DNA from: a virus
Taxonomy: Duplodnaviria; Caudoviricetes
IMG/VR virus record: IMGVR_UViG_3300026159_000398
Direction: 5' to 3' (one strand)
Length of the DNA stretch: 64,000 nucleotides
In this document: piece after piece, positions 48,381 to 58,202 of the stretch
Numbering within the stretch: the stretch's first letter is position 1
How the letters are laid out: each line of letters opens with the position of its first letter
Position numbers and translations under genes: made by a program
The notes under the pieces: generated by a model
The model's database searches: none
Seen by the model: the letters and a program-made list of their open reading frames with translations, nothing else
What the model was told of the DNA's origin: nothing

Positions 48381-48839
48381 ATGACGTATCTTGATCAACT
48401 TTTTGACGAGGTATTTGATTCTTTTTTTACTTTTCCTGAACGATCAAGACAATTGTTAACTCAAATGTCACGTTCAGAATCACAGCCTCTTGAAAAACGC
48501 TTTCCTTCTCACCCTGTTTCAAACATCTATCTTGAAAAAGATGGAAAAGCCATCTTTGAAATTGCTGTTCCAGGTTTTGACAAAGAAGATATCAAGGTAG
48601 AATTTCTTGATGGGCTTCTTACTGTTAAAGCCCAAAGACAAGAAGAAATGGGCGATAAAGATGAACGTATGTATTTTTGTCAGCGACTGGCTCGTAGAAA
48701 TTTTGAAATTTCATATAAGCTACCAACAGCAGCTGACACAGAAAAGATTGAAAGCGAAATGAAAAATGGAATCTTGAAAATCACGATTCCAGTTAAAGAG
48801 GAAGAAAAGAAAATTCCAAAACAAATTCCAATTCAATAA
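48381..48839 (+). CDS. Small heat-shock protein (Hsp20/alpha-crystallin)
   Basis: NIY...EIAVPGFDKEDIKV...LLTV...F..SYKLP...MKNGILKITIP. Confidence 0.92.
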   Translation: MTYLDQLFDEVFDSFFTFPERSRQLLTQMSRSESQPLEKRFPSHPVSNIYLEKDGKAIFEIAVPGFDKEDIKVEFLDGLLTVKAQRQEEMGDKDERMYFCQRLARRNFEISYKLPTAADTEKIESEMKNGILKITIPVKEEEKKIPKQIPIQ

Positions 48840-48851
48840 TCATGAGAACGA

Positions 48852-48872
48852 GGGCCCTGCAAAACAGGGCCC
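48852..48872 (+). terminator. Hairpin after hsp20
   Basis: GGGCCCTG-CAAAA-CAGGGCCC. Confidence 0.6.
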
Positions 48873-48893
48873 GACTTATGTTCACATACACAC

Positions 48894-48924
48894 AAAAAAA
48901 GCTCCTCTTTTTTAAGGAGGAGCT
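48894..48924 (-). terminator. Intrinsic terminator after the tail tube gene
   Basis: GCTCCT...AGGAGC stem preceded by A7 on the plus strand. Confidence 0.65.
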
Positions 48925-48958
48925 CAGGAAAATATGAGAACTATATGAAATAATCCGC

Positions 48959-49675
48959 TTATGCTGTACCCAAGATGGCCCCTGCATTTTGATAACGTTC
49001 GAGCGGATTAGCTGCTGTGTAATTGTATGTGTAAATTTCAGCAGGATAGATGTTGTCACATGCAAATTCAACATTGACTTTTCTGAATTCACCAGCCGCA
49101 GCATCGTGGTCTGGCATATTGACGTTGACCGGATAGAGGTTTACGATTTCATACTTTTGAAGGTATGGAGGACCACCATGCTCGTCGCAATATTCATCAG
49201 AATATCCAGGAGCGTCAGGTCCATAGACATAAAAGTTTGCAATTGGGAGAACATAGTCTTGTTTGAATCCAATCGCACCAGTTCTCTTATCACCAACGAA
49301 AGCTCTCCAAAGCTGCATGATAGCAGACGTAGAACCATTGACGTAGTCAACGAAGTCTACGTTGAACATATCCATTGGCGCAAATTTTGTGACAGTCTTG
49401 AATTGGTCGTTGAAACGAGGAATTTCAGCGACTTCCAATTTTGGAAGTGGCAAGTTCGATTTGATCAACGAAATTTCGACTGAAGTTGCTGGGTCTCCAC
49501 CAAGAGCGTTCTTGACTGCATTATAAAATGTCTGAACGCCGAACAAAGGGGAGATCGGAGCTTTATTTAACAATAGATCTGTAAGGCCAATGAATCTCAA
49601 CGAGAAACGGTTTGTGTTGATTGTTTGTTCGTTATATACCTTCTTTATCCTGAAGATGTTGCCTTTGCCGGCCAT
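48959..49675 (-). CDS. Tail tube protein (gp19-like)
   Basis: NRFSLRF...LP...F.D...QLWR...G..GFKQDY...NLYPVNV...VNVEFACD; downstream of the sheath gene. Confidence 0.85.
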   Translation of the reverse strand: MAGKGNIFRIKKVYNEQTINTNRFSLRFIGLTDLLLNKAPISPLFGVQTFYNAVKNALGGDPATSVEISLIKSNLPLPKLEVAEIPRFNDQFKTVTKFAPMDMFNVDFVDYVNGSTSAIMQLWRAFVGDKRTGAIGFKQDYVLPIANFYVYGPDAPGYSDEYCDEHGGPPYLQKYEIVNLYPVNVNMPDHDAAAGEFRKVNVEFACDNIYPAEIYTYNYTAANPLERYQNAGAILGTA

Positions 49676-49783
49676 ACTAAATACCTCTTAATTTTCGAAA
49701 ATAGAGTAATTACTACATTTATTTTACGTTCATAATGAAAAAGATACTATTTTTTTCTCGTTAATTAAATATAATTCTATATA

Positions 49784-49870
49784 CGGAAGGACAAGCAGGC
49801 ATGCCTGATAAGTTGTCACCTCAATTTATCTAACTTCCGCTACATTTTTTATAATTAAGGTGATAATTAT
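49784..49870 (+). ncRNA. Structured leader RNA, copy 4 (6-nt kissing loops)
   Basis: P1 CGGAAG/CTTCCG; P2 region AGG-CATG-CCT; P3 GATAAGTTG-TCACCT-CAATTTATC; P4 ATAATTA-AGGTGA-TAATTAT; AAATATAATT at 49767-49776. Confidence 0.85.
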
Positions 49871-50453
49871 GAACCAACCGTACGGCTACATTTATTTAAT
49901 TTACGATCATTTTCATAATCATTGTTATATTGGGCAGAAAAAAGGTTTAGTAGAAAAAACAACAGATTATTTTGGTTCAGGAAAAATCATTTTTTCAATT
50001 ATCAAAAAACGTAAACATCATTTAGAAAAACGAATTCTTGGTTATTGTGAAACAAAAGAAGAATTAGATGAGGCAGAAAAAGTATGTGTAGAATTTTATC
50101 AAAGTAATGATAGAAGATATGGTTATAACATTACTACTGGTGGTTCTGGTGGAAGTTTTAAAGGAATAAATAAAGGCAGAAATTTTTCCAACGAACATAA
50201 AAGCAAATTAAGTCAAAAACGCAGATTAAGAATTATTTCTGGAGCAACTAAACACAAAATTAGTGAATCATTAAAAGGTAAACAAAACAATCTTTGGACA
50301 GAAGAAAGTAGAAAAAGAAATAGTAACTCTCATTTAGGCAACCAAAATAAATTAGGTTGTAAATTAAGCCCAGAATCTCGTCAAAGAATTAGTCAATCGC
50401 AACTTGGCAAAAAGCGAGGACCATACAAAAAGAGCCTAGATCAAAAAATCTAG
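49869..50453 (+). CDS. GIY-YIG homing endonuclease, antisense, between sheath and tube genes
   Basis: Start reassigned to MNQPYGYIY; CYIGQ...YFGSG...YGYNITTGG; NUMOD3-like repeats. Confidence 0.9.
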   Translation: MNQPYGYIYLIYDHFHNHCYIGQKKGLVEKTTDYFGSGKIIFSIIKKRKHHLEKRILGYCETKEELDEAEKVCVEFYQSNDRRYGYNITTGGSGGSFKGINKGRNFSNEHKSKLSQKRRLRIISGATKHKISESLKGKQNNLWTEESRKRNSNSHLGNQNKLGCKLSPESRQRISQSQLGKKRGPYKKSLDQKI

Positions 50454-50466
50454 GCTCTTTGTTTTA
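50427..50466. terminator. Bidirectional intrinsic terminator
   Basis: AAAGAGCCTAGAT/ATCTAGGCTCTTT with A- and T-rich flanks, between convergent genes. Confidence 0.75.
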
Positions 50467-50481
50467 CAATATTTTATTTAG

Positions 50482-53400
50482 CTAAAATTGTACTATAACC
50501 TGTGTATCACGCATCACGCTGATAACTTTGATCTTTTCAATCTTCTTGATTGGTGTCCAAACGATCATTGAGATCATACCGCTACTTGCTTCAATAATTG
50601 CAGGGTCAGCATCAATCATTGCAGGGTCGGTAATAACTGCCCAATCTTTATCAATACCTTCTTCTGGTTTAATCGCTTGAGCGTTAATAAGAGGAGTGAT
50701 AATGTCTTTCTTAATAACAGCTTCAAATTCGTCTCTCGTATCTTTTGTGATAGGGAGGTAGAAGAAGTCAGGAACGATATTCATCAGCATGCGTTTCATG
50801 AACAATGAAACTCTCATGACGCCGATACGATTGTATGCGTTCTTTGTTCTTTGAGTCGTCTTCTGACCGTCAATGAAGAATCCTTGTTTGTTTGTGTAAA
50901 CGATTGGGTTGATATTGTTTCCAATATTGTCATCGTATGCACGACCTTTATCTTCTTCTGTAAGGTAAATTGCTATATCGTTGACATTTGCAAGAGGAGC
51001 AAATTTACCAGCAGCTGGAGTATATTGGTTGAATTCACGGTCAACAGCAACAATCGCAGGAACGGCTACTCGTGAAGGTGGCATCCATTGTTCGCTTGTA
51101 ACTGTAGAAGCTGTGTCAACCAAAACCCATGGGAAGTAAGTAACAAGGTACTTAGAATCCAATGTCATATTAAGAATGCTTGGAAGATCACCATTGTGCC
51201 AGTAAATCATTTGGTCGATAGAACCAAGCAACTTACCTGCTACAGTTTCAGGTGGGTCAACAACACCGAAGCAGTCTTTGCGGTATTCGCAAATTTCTTG
51301 GATTTTTGCAATAACGATTGCTGTGCTGTTTCCAGTTACGCAAAGCATGTCAACATCAAAGATGTCCATGTTTTTGTATTCGTTAAGAGCTGCAGAATAC
51401 TGAGCATCAGTTACTGCGTTGCTGATACCTGAAGTACCACCATTCAATTGATATGTTCCATCAGGAATTGGGTCAATTGTAGTTGGTGAACCAACAGGAA
51501 GAGTATAAGTAACGTAGTTCTGAAGTCTTGTGTCATTGTTGATCAAAGTTCCGAAGAACGTATTAGCTGCAACAGTAGAACTGTAATTCGTGATACGAGC
51601 AATCAAAGATGTGTCATTCCAGAATTCCATGTAAGGAATTCCATTTGAAGAACCTTTGATCATCTTGATGTTGTTGCCATCAGTACCAGTGTACTTAGCA
51701 GTCAGTGTACCCATATTCAGAGAAGCAGCTTCGCCTGCGTAAACGATATCTGTGTAGTCATAAGCTGCATCATTATCTTTTACTGCGAGGAAGTCAAGAA
51801 GATTTCCATTTTGTGCGTAGCGATAAACGCCAACGAACAAGTTGTCGATAGTCATCGCAGTAGCGGCTGCAACTGTACCGACTCTGAAAATCAGTGAGTA
51901 AGTTCCAGCAGCTTTTGAGTAGAATCCAAGTCTTATAGTTCCAGTTGTTGCAGGAACAGCTTGACTTGCGATTGTTACGCCATTATTGTCAACAATGTCA
52001 GCCTTAATGTTTGTAGCTGCGGCTGGAGCAGCTGACAATGTAAAATACATTTCCATGTATGTGTATGCTGGAGCTGTGAAGTGAACACCTGCTCCGCTTG
52101 TTGCGATTGCAGCTGAAGTTGTAGTAACAACCAAGTTTGCAGTTCCAAGAGCTGCAGAAACTCCAACTACTGGGCTAAGAGCAGCAGCAGGAGTTGTAGT
52201 CGTTGGTGTAGTACCTGGAGTAATGAGAATATCTCCACTTCCATTGATTGTAACTGTTGCTGCGCTCCATGTTCCTTCAGCTGCTCTTACTGCTGTTTGC
52301 ATGATTGCAAGTACTTGTGTCCAAGTATAACTTACACCAGCTGCCAAAACAGTAGAAACATCAACTGCTGAAACGTTAGGAGTTCCAGTTGCCAATGAGA
52401 ACTTATAAGTTCCTGCTGGTAGTGGGCAATGATCAGAACCAACGATACCATCACCGCTGAAAACTATTGTACAAGAATCAGTTCCAGCTGTGTAAGTAAT
52501 TGTTTGACCAGAGAAAAAGTCAAGAGAAACTTTCAAATCATCACTGAGAGTTGTGTATGAAGGAGAACCAGCGGCGAAGTCACCACCATTATCTGTACCA
52601 AGAAGGTTTAGAGCGGTTTCCATTCCATCGGTCAGCAAGTTTTGAGTAGGTTGGTCTTTGATTTCAATTGTGTAAGAAGAACCTTGATCGTTAGTTTGTA
52701 TTTCAAATTTACCAGAAGTTCCAAGGAAAGCAGTCGCATTAGCAGTGATTGCTGCATTGATTGCAGTTACAATAGCTTCTGCACTTGTATTAGCAGAAGT
52801 TGAAGTGCTTGGGTTCGTTGCTGTTACACTTGGAAAAACAACTGGGAAGCTCGTAATTCTTATAGAAGAACTTGCACCATATTCGTTGCTATTGATTGAG
52901 ATGGCGTCTGTTCCACTTTTACGAATGATGTTTTTTGGGTCGTAACCAGTCATACCAGTTACAGTACCAATAACTTGTTTCTTAAGAGCGTAAATCAGTT
53001 TGTCGATGTATGACATAACTGTCGCGCCAGTTAATCCACCGTAATTTTCGTCAGTTACTGCACCAACGCCTGTGAGCTTGCACAGAATGTCGCTTGAAGA
53101 ACTGATGATATATTGGTATGCAACACCATCAACAAACAATTCAATGTAGTCGCCTGCTGTAAAATTTGCAGCAGTCAGAGATTCGCTTGTGATTGCAGAA
53201 CAACGTGCACTCTTTGAAAGAGTTACAGTAGTGTCTCCACCACCATTCAATTCAACAACGAAGATATTGTCTGAGTCGTTGACTTTCAGTGATTTACCAG
53301 AAATGGCTTCTGCACCAACAAACTTGGCTGCAACAGCGGCTTTAGCAAGCAGTTTAGAAGCTGCAGTGTCAGAACCGTCTGTGATACGTGTGAAGAAGCA

Positions 53401-53655
53401 AGAAGGAACTACACCAAGAACAGCGGCTGCTGTTATGCCTGAATAATCTTTTGCCTCGACGTCGCGATTGACTTCAGAACCAAAATAGCTCTTGAAGTTT
53501 TTTATGATTTGTGTAGGAACGTTGACTGGTCCCCAGTTTGCAACTCCGACGAATGCAACTTTTGTACCAGTAATTCTGTCTACTAAAGTGGTAACTTCGA
53601 CACGTTCTTCGTATCCAAAGCCTTTACCAATTATATCGTTTACAGTTTCAGACAT
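50482..53655 (-). CDS. Tail sheath protein (gp18-like) with large insertion
   Basis: FVGVANWGPVNVP; CEYRKDCFGVVDPP; YFPWV; WMPPS; INPIV...DGQKT...NRIGVMR. Confidence 0.92.
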   Translation of the reverse strand: MSETVNDIIGKGFGYEERVEVTTLVDRITGTKVAFVGVANWGPVNVPTQIIKNFKSYFGSEVNRDVEAKDYSGITAAAVLGVVPSCFFTRITDGSDTAASKLLAKAAVAAKFVGAEAISGKSLKVNDSDNIFVVELNGGGDTTVTLSKSARCSAITSESLTAANFTAGDYIELFVDGVAYQYIISSSSDILCKLTGVGAVTDENYGGLTGATVMSYIDKLIYALKKQVIGTVTGMTGYDPKNIIRKSGTDAISINSNEYGASSSIRITSFPVVFPSVTATNPSTSTSANTSAEAIVTAINAAITANATAFLGTSGKFEIQTNDQGSSYTIEIKDQPTQNLLTDGMETALNLLGTDNGGDFAAGSPSYTTLSDDLKVSLDFFSGQTITYTAGTDSCTIVFSGDGIVGSDHCPLPAGTYKFSLATGTPNVSAVDVSTVLAAGVSYTWTQVLAIMQTAVRAAEGTWSAATVTINGSGDILITPGTTPTTTTPAAALSPVVGVSAALGTANLVVTTTSAAIATSGAGVHFTAPAYTYMEMYFTLSAAPAAATNIKADIVDNNGVTIASQAVPATTGTIRLGFYSKAAGTYSLIFRVGTVAAATAMTIDNLFVGVYRYAQNGNLLDFLAVKDNDAAYDYTDIVYAGEAASLNMGTLTAKYTGTDGNNIKMIKGSSNGIPYMEFWNDTSLIARITNYSSTVAANTFFGTLINNDTRLQNYVTYTLPVGSPTTIDPIPDGTYQLNGGTSGISNAVTDAQYSAALNEYKNMDIFDVDMLCVTGNSTAIVIAKIQEICEYRKDCFGVVDPPETVAGKLLGSIDQMIYWHNGDLPSILNMTLDSKYLVTYFPWVLVDTASTVTSEQWMPPSRVAVPAIVAVDREFNQYTPAAGKFAPLANVNDIAIYLTEEDKGRAYDDNIGNNINPIVYTNKQGFFIDGQKTTQRTKNAYNRIGVMRVSLFMKRMLMNIVPDFFYLPITKDTRDEFEAVIKKDIITPLINAQAIKPEEGIDKDWAVITDPAMIDADPAIIEASSGMISMIVWTPIKKIEKIKVISVMRDTQVIVQF

Positions 53656-53670
53656 GTAAGTTCTCCTTGA

Positions 53671-53847
53671 TTATATTTCTTCAATAGTGATTAGTTTCTT
53701 TGCTTGAAGCGCTTTTAGACTTTGAGGAATTTCATCCATTTGAATTGTGATCGACTGTCCTTTCTTTGGTATGACGACTGATTGCGTAGGGCTTACAGGA
53801 ACAGGAGTCGAAACATACAATTTACTCGTTATTTTAAAAGTTTTCAT
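53671..53847 (-). CDS. Small protein upstream of the sheath gene (58 aa)
   Basis: SD GGAGG; MKTFKITSKLYVSTPVP...KLITIEEI. Confidence 0.6.
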   Translation of the reverse strand: MKTFKITSKLYVSTPVPVSPTQSVVIPKKGQSITIQMDEIPQSLKALQAKKLITIEEI

Positions 53848-53913
53848 TAGTCCTCCGAATATAATGCGTTCGATAATATATTAAAAGATTTGGTTGAATA
53901 ATAACGCAAAAAA

Positions 53914-54648
53914 TTAGTGTCCAGTTGCAATTTCATCTTTGATGACATCAACAACATTATCACCATCATAAACTTGCATTTCTGAGCCAATATAAATTTT
54001 GTCATAAACTGGAACTCTGTATACATTGAAGGGAACAATCGTATGAGCGCTAATTGTAAAAGTAGTTTTGATTGCGTCACGTGTTTCCTTCATTTCCAAA
54101 CCTTCAATATTGGTTTCGTTCGCAATATTGTCAGAAAGTTTCAAAGGCATCAGCAAATAACTAGTTTTGTCGTTAATGACCTTTTGACCATTGACTATCG
54201 ACGTGTCTGGAAAATACACCAATGACATTTCACCCAAAGGAAAACATTGGAGCAATTCATGAATGATACAATCACGTTCACGTAATGTGTTTGTCCAGAG
54301 GTTGAAACTCCATGTGACATCGTAGTGCATTGGTGCACGAGTCATCGCAACAGTCTTTGTTACAGGGTCATAAGAATCAGGGTCCCAAATATGGATGCCA
54401 ATTCTTTCGCGTGTTTTATCACGTTGATTTTCTGCTTCCCAGAAATTCAACATAGGAAGCACGATTTTATTATTAAATTTATTCTGAAGATAACGGAATG
54501 CCGCTCTTGGTGTTCCATAAACGATTTGCAAAGTCAATGGAGTCATTTCATTATTCCATTTGATCGTTTGAAAATGCACCTTGAAGAAGTCATACAGTTC
54601 AAGAACGTATATGCCCCAAAGATATTGTGGAAGTACTTCTTCTATCAT
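53914..54648 (-). CDS. Tail sheath stabiliser/terminator (gp15-like)
   Basis: IVYGTP...IVLPMLNF...PMHYDVTWSFNLWT...IIHELLQCF. Confidence 0.75.
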   Translation of the reverse strand: MIEEVLPQYLWGIYVLELYDFFKVHFQTIKWNNEMTPLTLQIVYGTPRAAFRYLQNKFNNKIVLPMLNFWEAENQRDKTRERIGIHIWDPDSYDPVTKTVAMTRAPMHYDVTWSFNLWTNTLRERDCIIHELLQCFPLGEMSLVYFPDTSIVNGQKVINDKTSYLLMPLKLSDNIANETNIEGLEMKETRDAIKTTFTISAHTIVPFNVYRVPVYDKIYIGSEMQVYDGDNVVDVIKDEIATGH

Positions 54649-55115
54649 TTAATTACGCCTTTCTCAAATCGTTTTTCAAACTTCGTATCGGCATTTGAAG
54701 GGTCGATATAAAAATCACTGAGATCTTTTTTATCTTTCTCTGTTAAATCGGCCCCAGTTTTATCTGCTAATAAAGAAAGAACCTCTTGGCTTATACCCAT
54801 ACCAGTTCCATGACATCCAGCAATGATAGCATTTCGTTCTGCTTTGCTGTTTGTCTGAATCGAAATATTGGTGATGGGTTTCTTTGGGTCGGGCTGCTCA
54901 ATAACCAACTGAGTATCAATTCGAGCAACGATTGGATCTTTTGATTTCGATTCTGATTTGACCACAATCGTTTCAAGTTGATCTTTTAATGACGCATATA
55001 AGTCTTGTGCAAATTGTTTTGTGCGTTCGCTAGCCGCCATTAAAAGTTCGTCACCAAACGCTTTCTTAAACTTCTCTAAATCTTTAGTGACTTGTTTTAG
55101 GTTATTGATTTCCAT
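54645..55115 (-). CDS. Hypothetical protein (neck region)
   Basis: Translationally coupled in the structural operon. Confidence 0.6.
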   Translation of the reverse strand: MEINNLKQVTKDLEKFKKAFGDELLMAASERTKQFAQDLYASLKDQLETIVVKSESKSKDPIVARIDTQLVIEQPDPKKPITNISIQTNSKAERNAIIAGCHGTGMGISQEVLSLLADKTGADLTEKDKKDLSDFYIDPSNADTKFEKRFEKGVIK

Positions 55116-55417
55116 TATAATTTATTTACGTCAATAGGAAATTGGCCAAACTCCATGACACCTTGTTGATACACGTTCTTAAGTTTATTGGCATTCTCTT
55201 TAACAATTTGAATATTGTTATTGTTGGCTGCATAAACTATTGCATCAATAAGTTTTTCTTGGGCCTCAATAAAAGTCTGAAACTTCGAGAACACTTTTTG
55301 AATGTGTTCTTTTGTATTCTCCTTTTGTTGAGCAGGTGCCTCAGTACCAAATTCATCCTCATCCCAATTGATAGGATTAAAGGCACTGACGCCAAGTTCG
55401 TGTTCTTTAGCTTTCAT
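55115..55417 (-). CDS. Hypothetical protein
   Basis: TAATG coupling on both sides. Confidence 0.6.
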   Translation of the reverse strand: MKAKEHELGVSAFNPINWDEDEFGTEAPAQQKENTKEHIQKVFSKFQTFIEAQEKLIDAIVYAANNNNIQIVKENANKLKNVYQQGVMEFGQFPIDVNKL

Positions 55418-55896
55418 TATTTCTCTGGTTTTTCTTCAGGAAGTTCTTCACCTTCAGGAGCGACTTCGCCACCTTCTTCTTCTTCTTCGCCACCTTCTTC
55501 AGGGTTTTCTTCTTCCTCTTCTTCTTCTTCTTCGCCTTCTTTTTCGAACTTGTAACCGTCAACGATTTCAAGTATCTTATTCATGTAGTCAGAAAACTCA
55601 TCGTCATCTTCTACACTGTCTTGAAGAACTTGAATGATATTAGATATCAGTTCGACTTTGGCGTCGTTGCTCATTGACTTCAGGTCGATATTTTTGAGCG
55701 TGTCGTCAGCTTCGTCCATATCGTCTTTGCCTTTCTCGTCTTTAGGAGCTTTGAAGTCCATAGTAACTTCTTCTTCTTTTTGCGTCTTGCCACCTTTATC
55801 ATCTTTATCTTCAGCAGCTTCCATGATAGGGGCGAGAGCGCCGCGTTTTCCATCCAACATTCCGTTGAATGCATCAAGAATTTGTTTTTCGTTCAT
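55417..55896 (-). CDS. Highly acidic protein, prohead core/scaffold-like
   Basis: Probable start MNEKQ (SD GGAG); poly-Glu tail; IMEA possible cleavage site. Confidence 0.5.
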   Translation of the reverse strand: MNEKQILDAFNGMLDGKRGALAPIMEAAEDKDDKGGKTQKEEEVTMDFKAPKDEKGKDDMDEADDTLKNIDLKSMSNDAKVELISNIIQVLQDSVEDDDEFSDYMNKILEIVDGYKFEKEGEEEEEEEEENPEEGGEEEEEGGEVAPEGEELPEEKPEK

Positions 55897-55946
55897 GAAT
55901 TTCTCCAATGTAAATTGTTTCTAATGATTATATATTAAACACGACT

Positions 55947-57107
55947 CTATAAAAGTCTATGTTTTCTTCCTAATTTTTGTCTTAATTTTGTGATATGAAA
56001 TACTATTTGGCTAGCCAATTCATCTTGAATTTCAGCATCGGTAGATTCTGCATCGAGACCGTATTCTTTGACGACATACGATTTGAGCCATGGATTTTCT
56101 TTAAGATATTGTTTAGCCAATGATTCGACTTTCTTATCGAACTCTTCGTATTCTGTTGGAACGCCACGTGTTTCTTCTGTGGCGCCATACATAAGTTTGA
56201 GAAAGTCACGATCATAATTCTCTTCTTTCTTGGCTTCCATTTTGCCTTTCTTTTTGTAGCCAATTCCTTTATTCAATTGACCAAGAACCTTTTCGCCACG
56301 TTTCATTTCTTCTGAACTGCGCAGTGTTCTGAAATACTTTTCAAGAGCGGCAATTGATGTTATGTCATGATCGCTTTCTGGCCACAGAATATTTCTATTT
56401 GCCTCAGAAATATTATCAGCGATAGTCCATAAAGTATCTTCAATACGTTTATCGAATTCATATTTATTAAGGGCTTTCTGTAATTCGGTTACAACTTTGC
56501 TGACTAAGCCACTCATAAATTTACTTGTGGATTCTTGTCCTTCGGTTTTAAAATTCAAAAATTGGCTTTCATCAAATTCATATTCAGCATCAGATTCACT
56601 GATTTGTTTTAAAGCATTAAGAGCTTTCAGTATCGCAGTTTCGATATGTGAAGAAGAACCCTTCAGAAATTCAGAAGCAAAAACGAATTTACCTTTACGA
56701 GCACCACTTTCCAGTTGTTTCGTAACTTCGGTTTGTCTTTCACCTTGAGAATGCAGGATGTTCTTCCAGATTTCTTTTGCTTTGGCGATCTTTTGTGCTT
56801 CAGATAATCCTTTGTCGCCGTTTGGTTTTATGAATTTTAAATCTTCTTTTTCAAAGGCATTATCATCTCCAAAGAGATTCAAGATTTCTTCAATGCTCCA
56901 TTTAGGCAGAAGTTCAGTGTTAGCAAGAGCCATAGCGACATATTTGCCAGTTTCACTGACAGTATTGCCAAGCTTATTTACCAAAGTAAGTTCCTTTGGA
57001 GGCTTTCTTGAATATTGTTTCGCTTTTGCAGCCAATTGAGACATAGGAATAATTTTGGCAGCTTTAGACGTTCTTTCGCCTTTTACCATTTCAAGATATT
57101 CTTTCAT
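55947..57107 (-). CDS. Putative internal head protein
   Basis: Starts MKEYLEM; helical and charged. Confidence 0.55.
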   Translation of the reverse strand: MKEYLEMVKGERTSKAAKIIPMSQLAAKAKQYSRKPPKELTLVNKLGNTVSETGKYVAMALANTELLPKWSIEEILNLFGDDNAFEKEDLKFIKPNGDKGLSEAQKIAKAKEIWKNILHSQGERQTEVTKQLESGARKGKFVFASEFLKGSSSHIETAILKALNALKQISESDAEYEFDESQFLNFKTEGQESTSKFMSGLVSKVVTELQKALNKYEFDKRIEDTLWTIADNISEANRNILWPESDHDITSIAALEKYFRTLRSSEEMKRGEKVLGQLNKGIGYKKKGKMEAKKEENYDRDFLKLMYGATEETRGVPTEYEEFDKKVESLAKQYLKENPWLKSYVVKEYGLDAESTDAEIQDELASQIVFHITKLRQKLGRKHRLL

Positions 57108-57643
57108 TATAGATACCCAATAAAATCCTTAATTGATTGTGGAACTTCAGCCATTGGTGTTTGTTCAGCATAAATGTGCCAGTTGAGATACTTCATATTG
57201 AAGTTGTCAAATGGAACTACAGAACCAATTGTATAAAATACGTTGCGGTAGTTTTGATCATCCACAACATAACTAATTCTAAAAATGTCGCCAGCAACTG
57301 GTTGAGTATGGTTGCAAAGTAGAAAATCATCGACGTTCGTCACGCCAGTTATTTCTTCGATTTGTTCAGCACCTAAGCGAGTCAACTCAACCAGAATTGG
57401 GTTGATTTCAATGAACATATAAACTCTATTAGGGTCTTTGAACGTATGAAGCGCAGTGCCTGATGATTTTTCACCATAAATAGTATCAAGTTGATCTTGA
57501 GAAGCTACAGTCGCCGTTCTATCAAGACTCCAATAATAAATCAATGGAGAGATTGCTCTTATAAAATCCGCGTCGATTGTAGAAGCGAGAGCGTACTCCG
57601 GGGACCTTGGCTCGAACACACGAGCATTATTAGGTCTATACAT
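57107..57643 (-). CDS. Head completion/neck protein (gp14-like)
   Basis: DTIYGE...F...G...PVAGDIF...FYTIGSV matches the gp14 pattern. Confidence 0.7.
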   Translation of the reverse strand: MYRPNNARVFEPRSPEYALASTIDADFIRAISPLIYYWSLDRTATVASQDQLDTIYGEKSSGTALHTFKDPNRVYMFIEINPILVELTRLGAEQIEEITGVTNVDDFLLCNHTQPVAGDIFRISYVVDDQNYRNVFYTIGSVVPFDNFNMKYLNWHIYAEQTPMAEVPQSIKDFIGYL

Positions 57644-58202
57644 GTCGAGCCTCCTTATTTAATTTAATCATGTTTATTTTACTTTGTTGTCTGCCACGCT
57701 CGCTTTTATTGTATGTAATAATTCTATTTTTTAATGATTCTCTTTCTTCATCACTAACAAATCTTTTTTTACCAAGTTTAGCTATAGAAAGTTTGTGTCT
57801 GGTTTCTAAAGATGCTTTAGTGCCTTTGTTGTGTGCCGGTTTTCCTTTTTTTGCTGCAGACATTTTTTGTCTTGCTTCTAATGACATTTTTCTGCCTTTT
57901 AATTTGGAACCATTACCACCATCACCACCAATAGTTTCATTATATCCATTTTTATAAGTATCAAATAATTGAATAAAATGTTTTTCAAGTTGTTTTAAAT
58001 CATCTTTATTATCTGATTCTTTAATAATTTCAAATTTTATATTCTCAATTCCATATTTTCTTAGAACGTTGACAATTGAACGTTTACAATTTGGAGTGTT
58101 GATTTCTCTTACATATCGAGAATGTAATCGTACTAAAGATGAAGTCCATTTTCCAATATAAACTTTATTATTATTTGGGTTAGTGTATTTATAAATAAAC
58201 AT
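57636..58202 (-). CDS. GIY-YIG homing endonuclease with NUMOD3-like repeats
   Basis: FIYKYTN..NKVYIG...RKYGIEN...EKHFI...GYNETIGG. Confidence 0.9.
   Translation of the reverse strand: MFIYKYTNPNNNKVYIGKWTSSLVRLHSRYVREINTPNCKRSIVNVLRKYGIENIKFEIIKESDNKDDLKQLEKHFIQLFDTYKNGYNETIGGDGGNGSKLKGRKMSLEARQKMSAAKKGKPAHNKGTKASLETRHKLSIAKLGKKRFVSDEERESLKNRIITYNKSERGRQQSKINMIKLNKEARHV

Noticed and set aside
31495-49868. Track start sites at 31495, 32634, 32695, 34350, 35746, 36948, 37159 and 49860
   Set aside because: Downstream ATGs fit SD position, gene coupling and the shared N-terminal motifs better.
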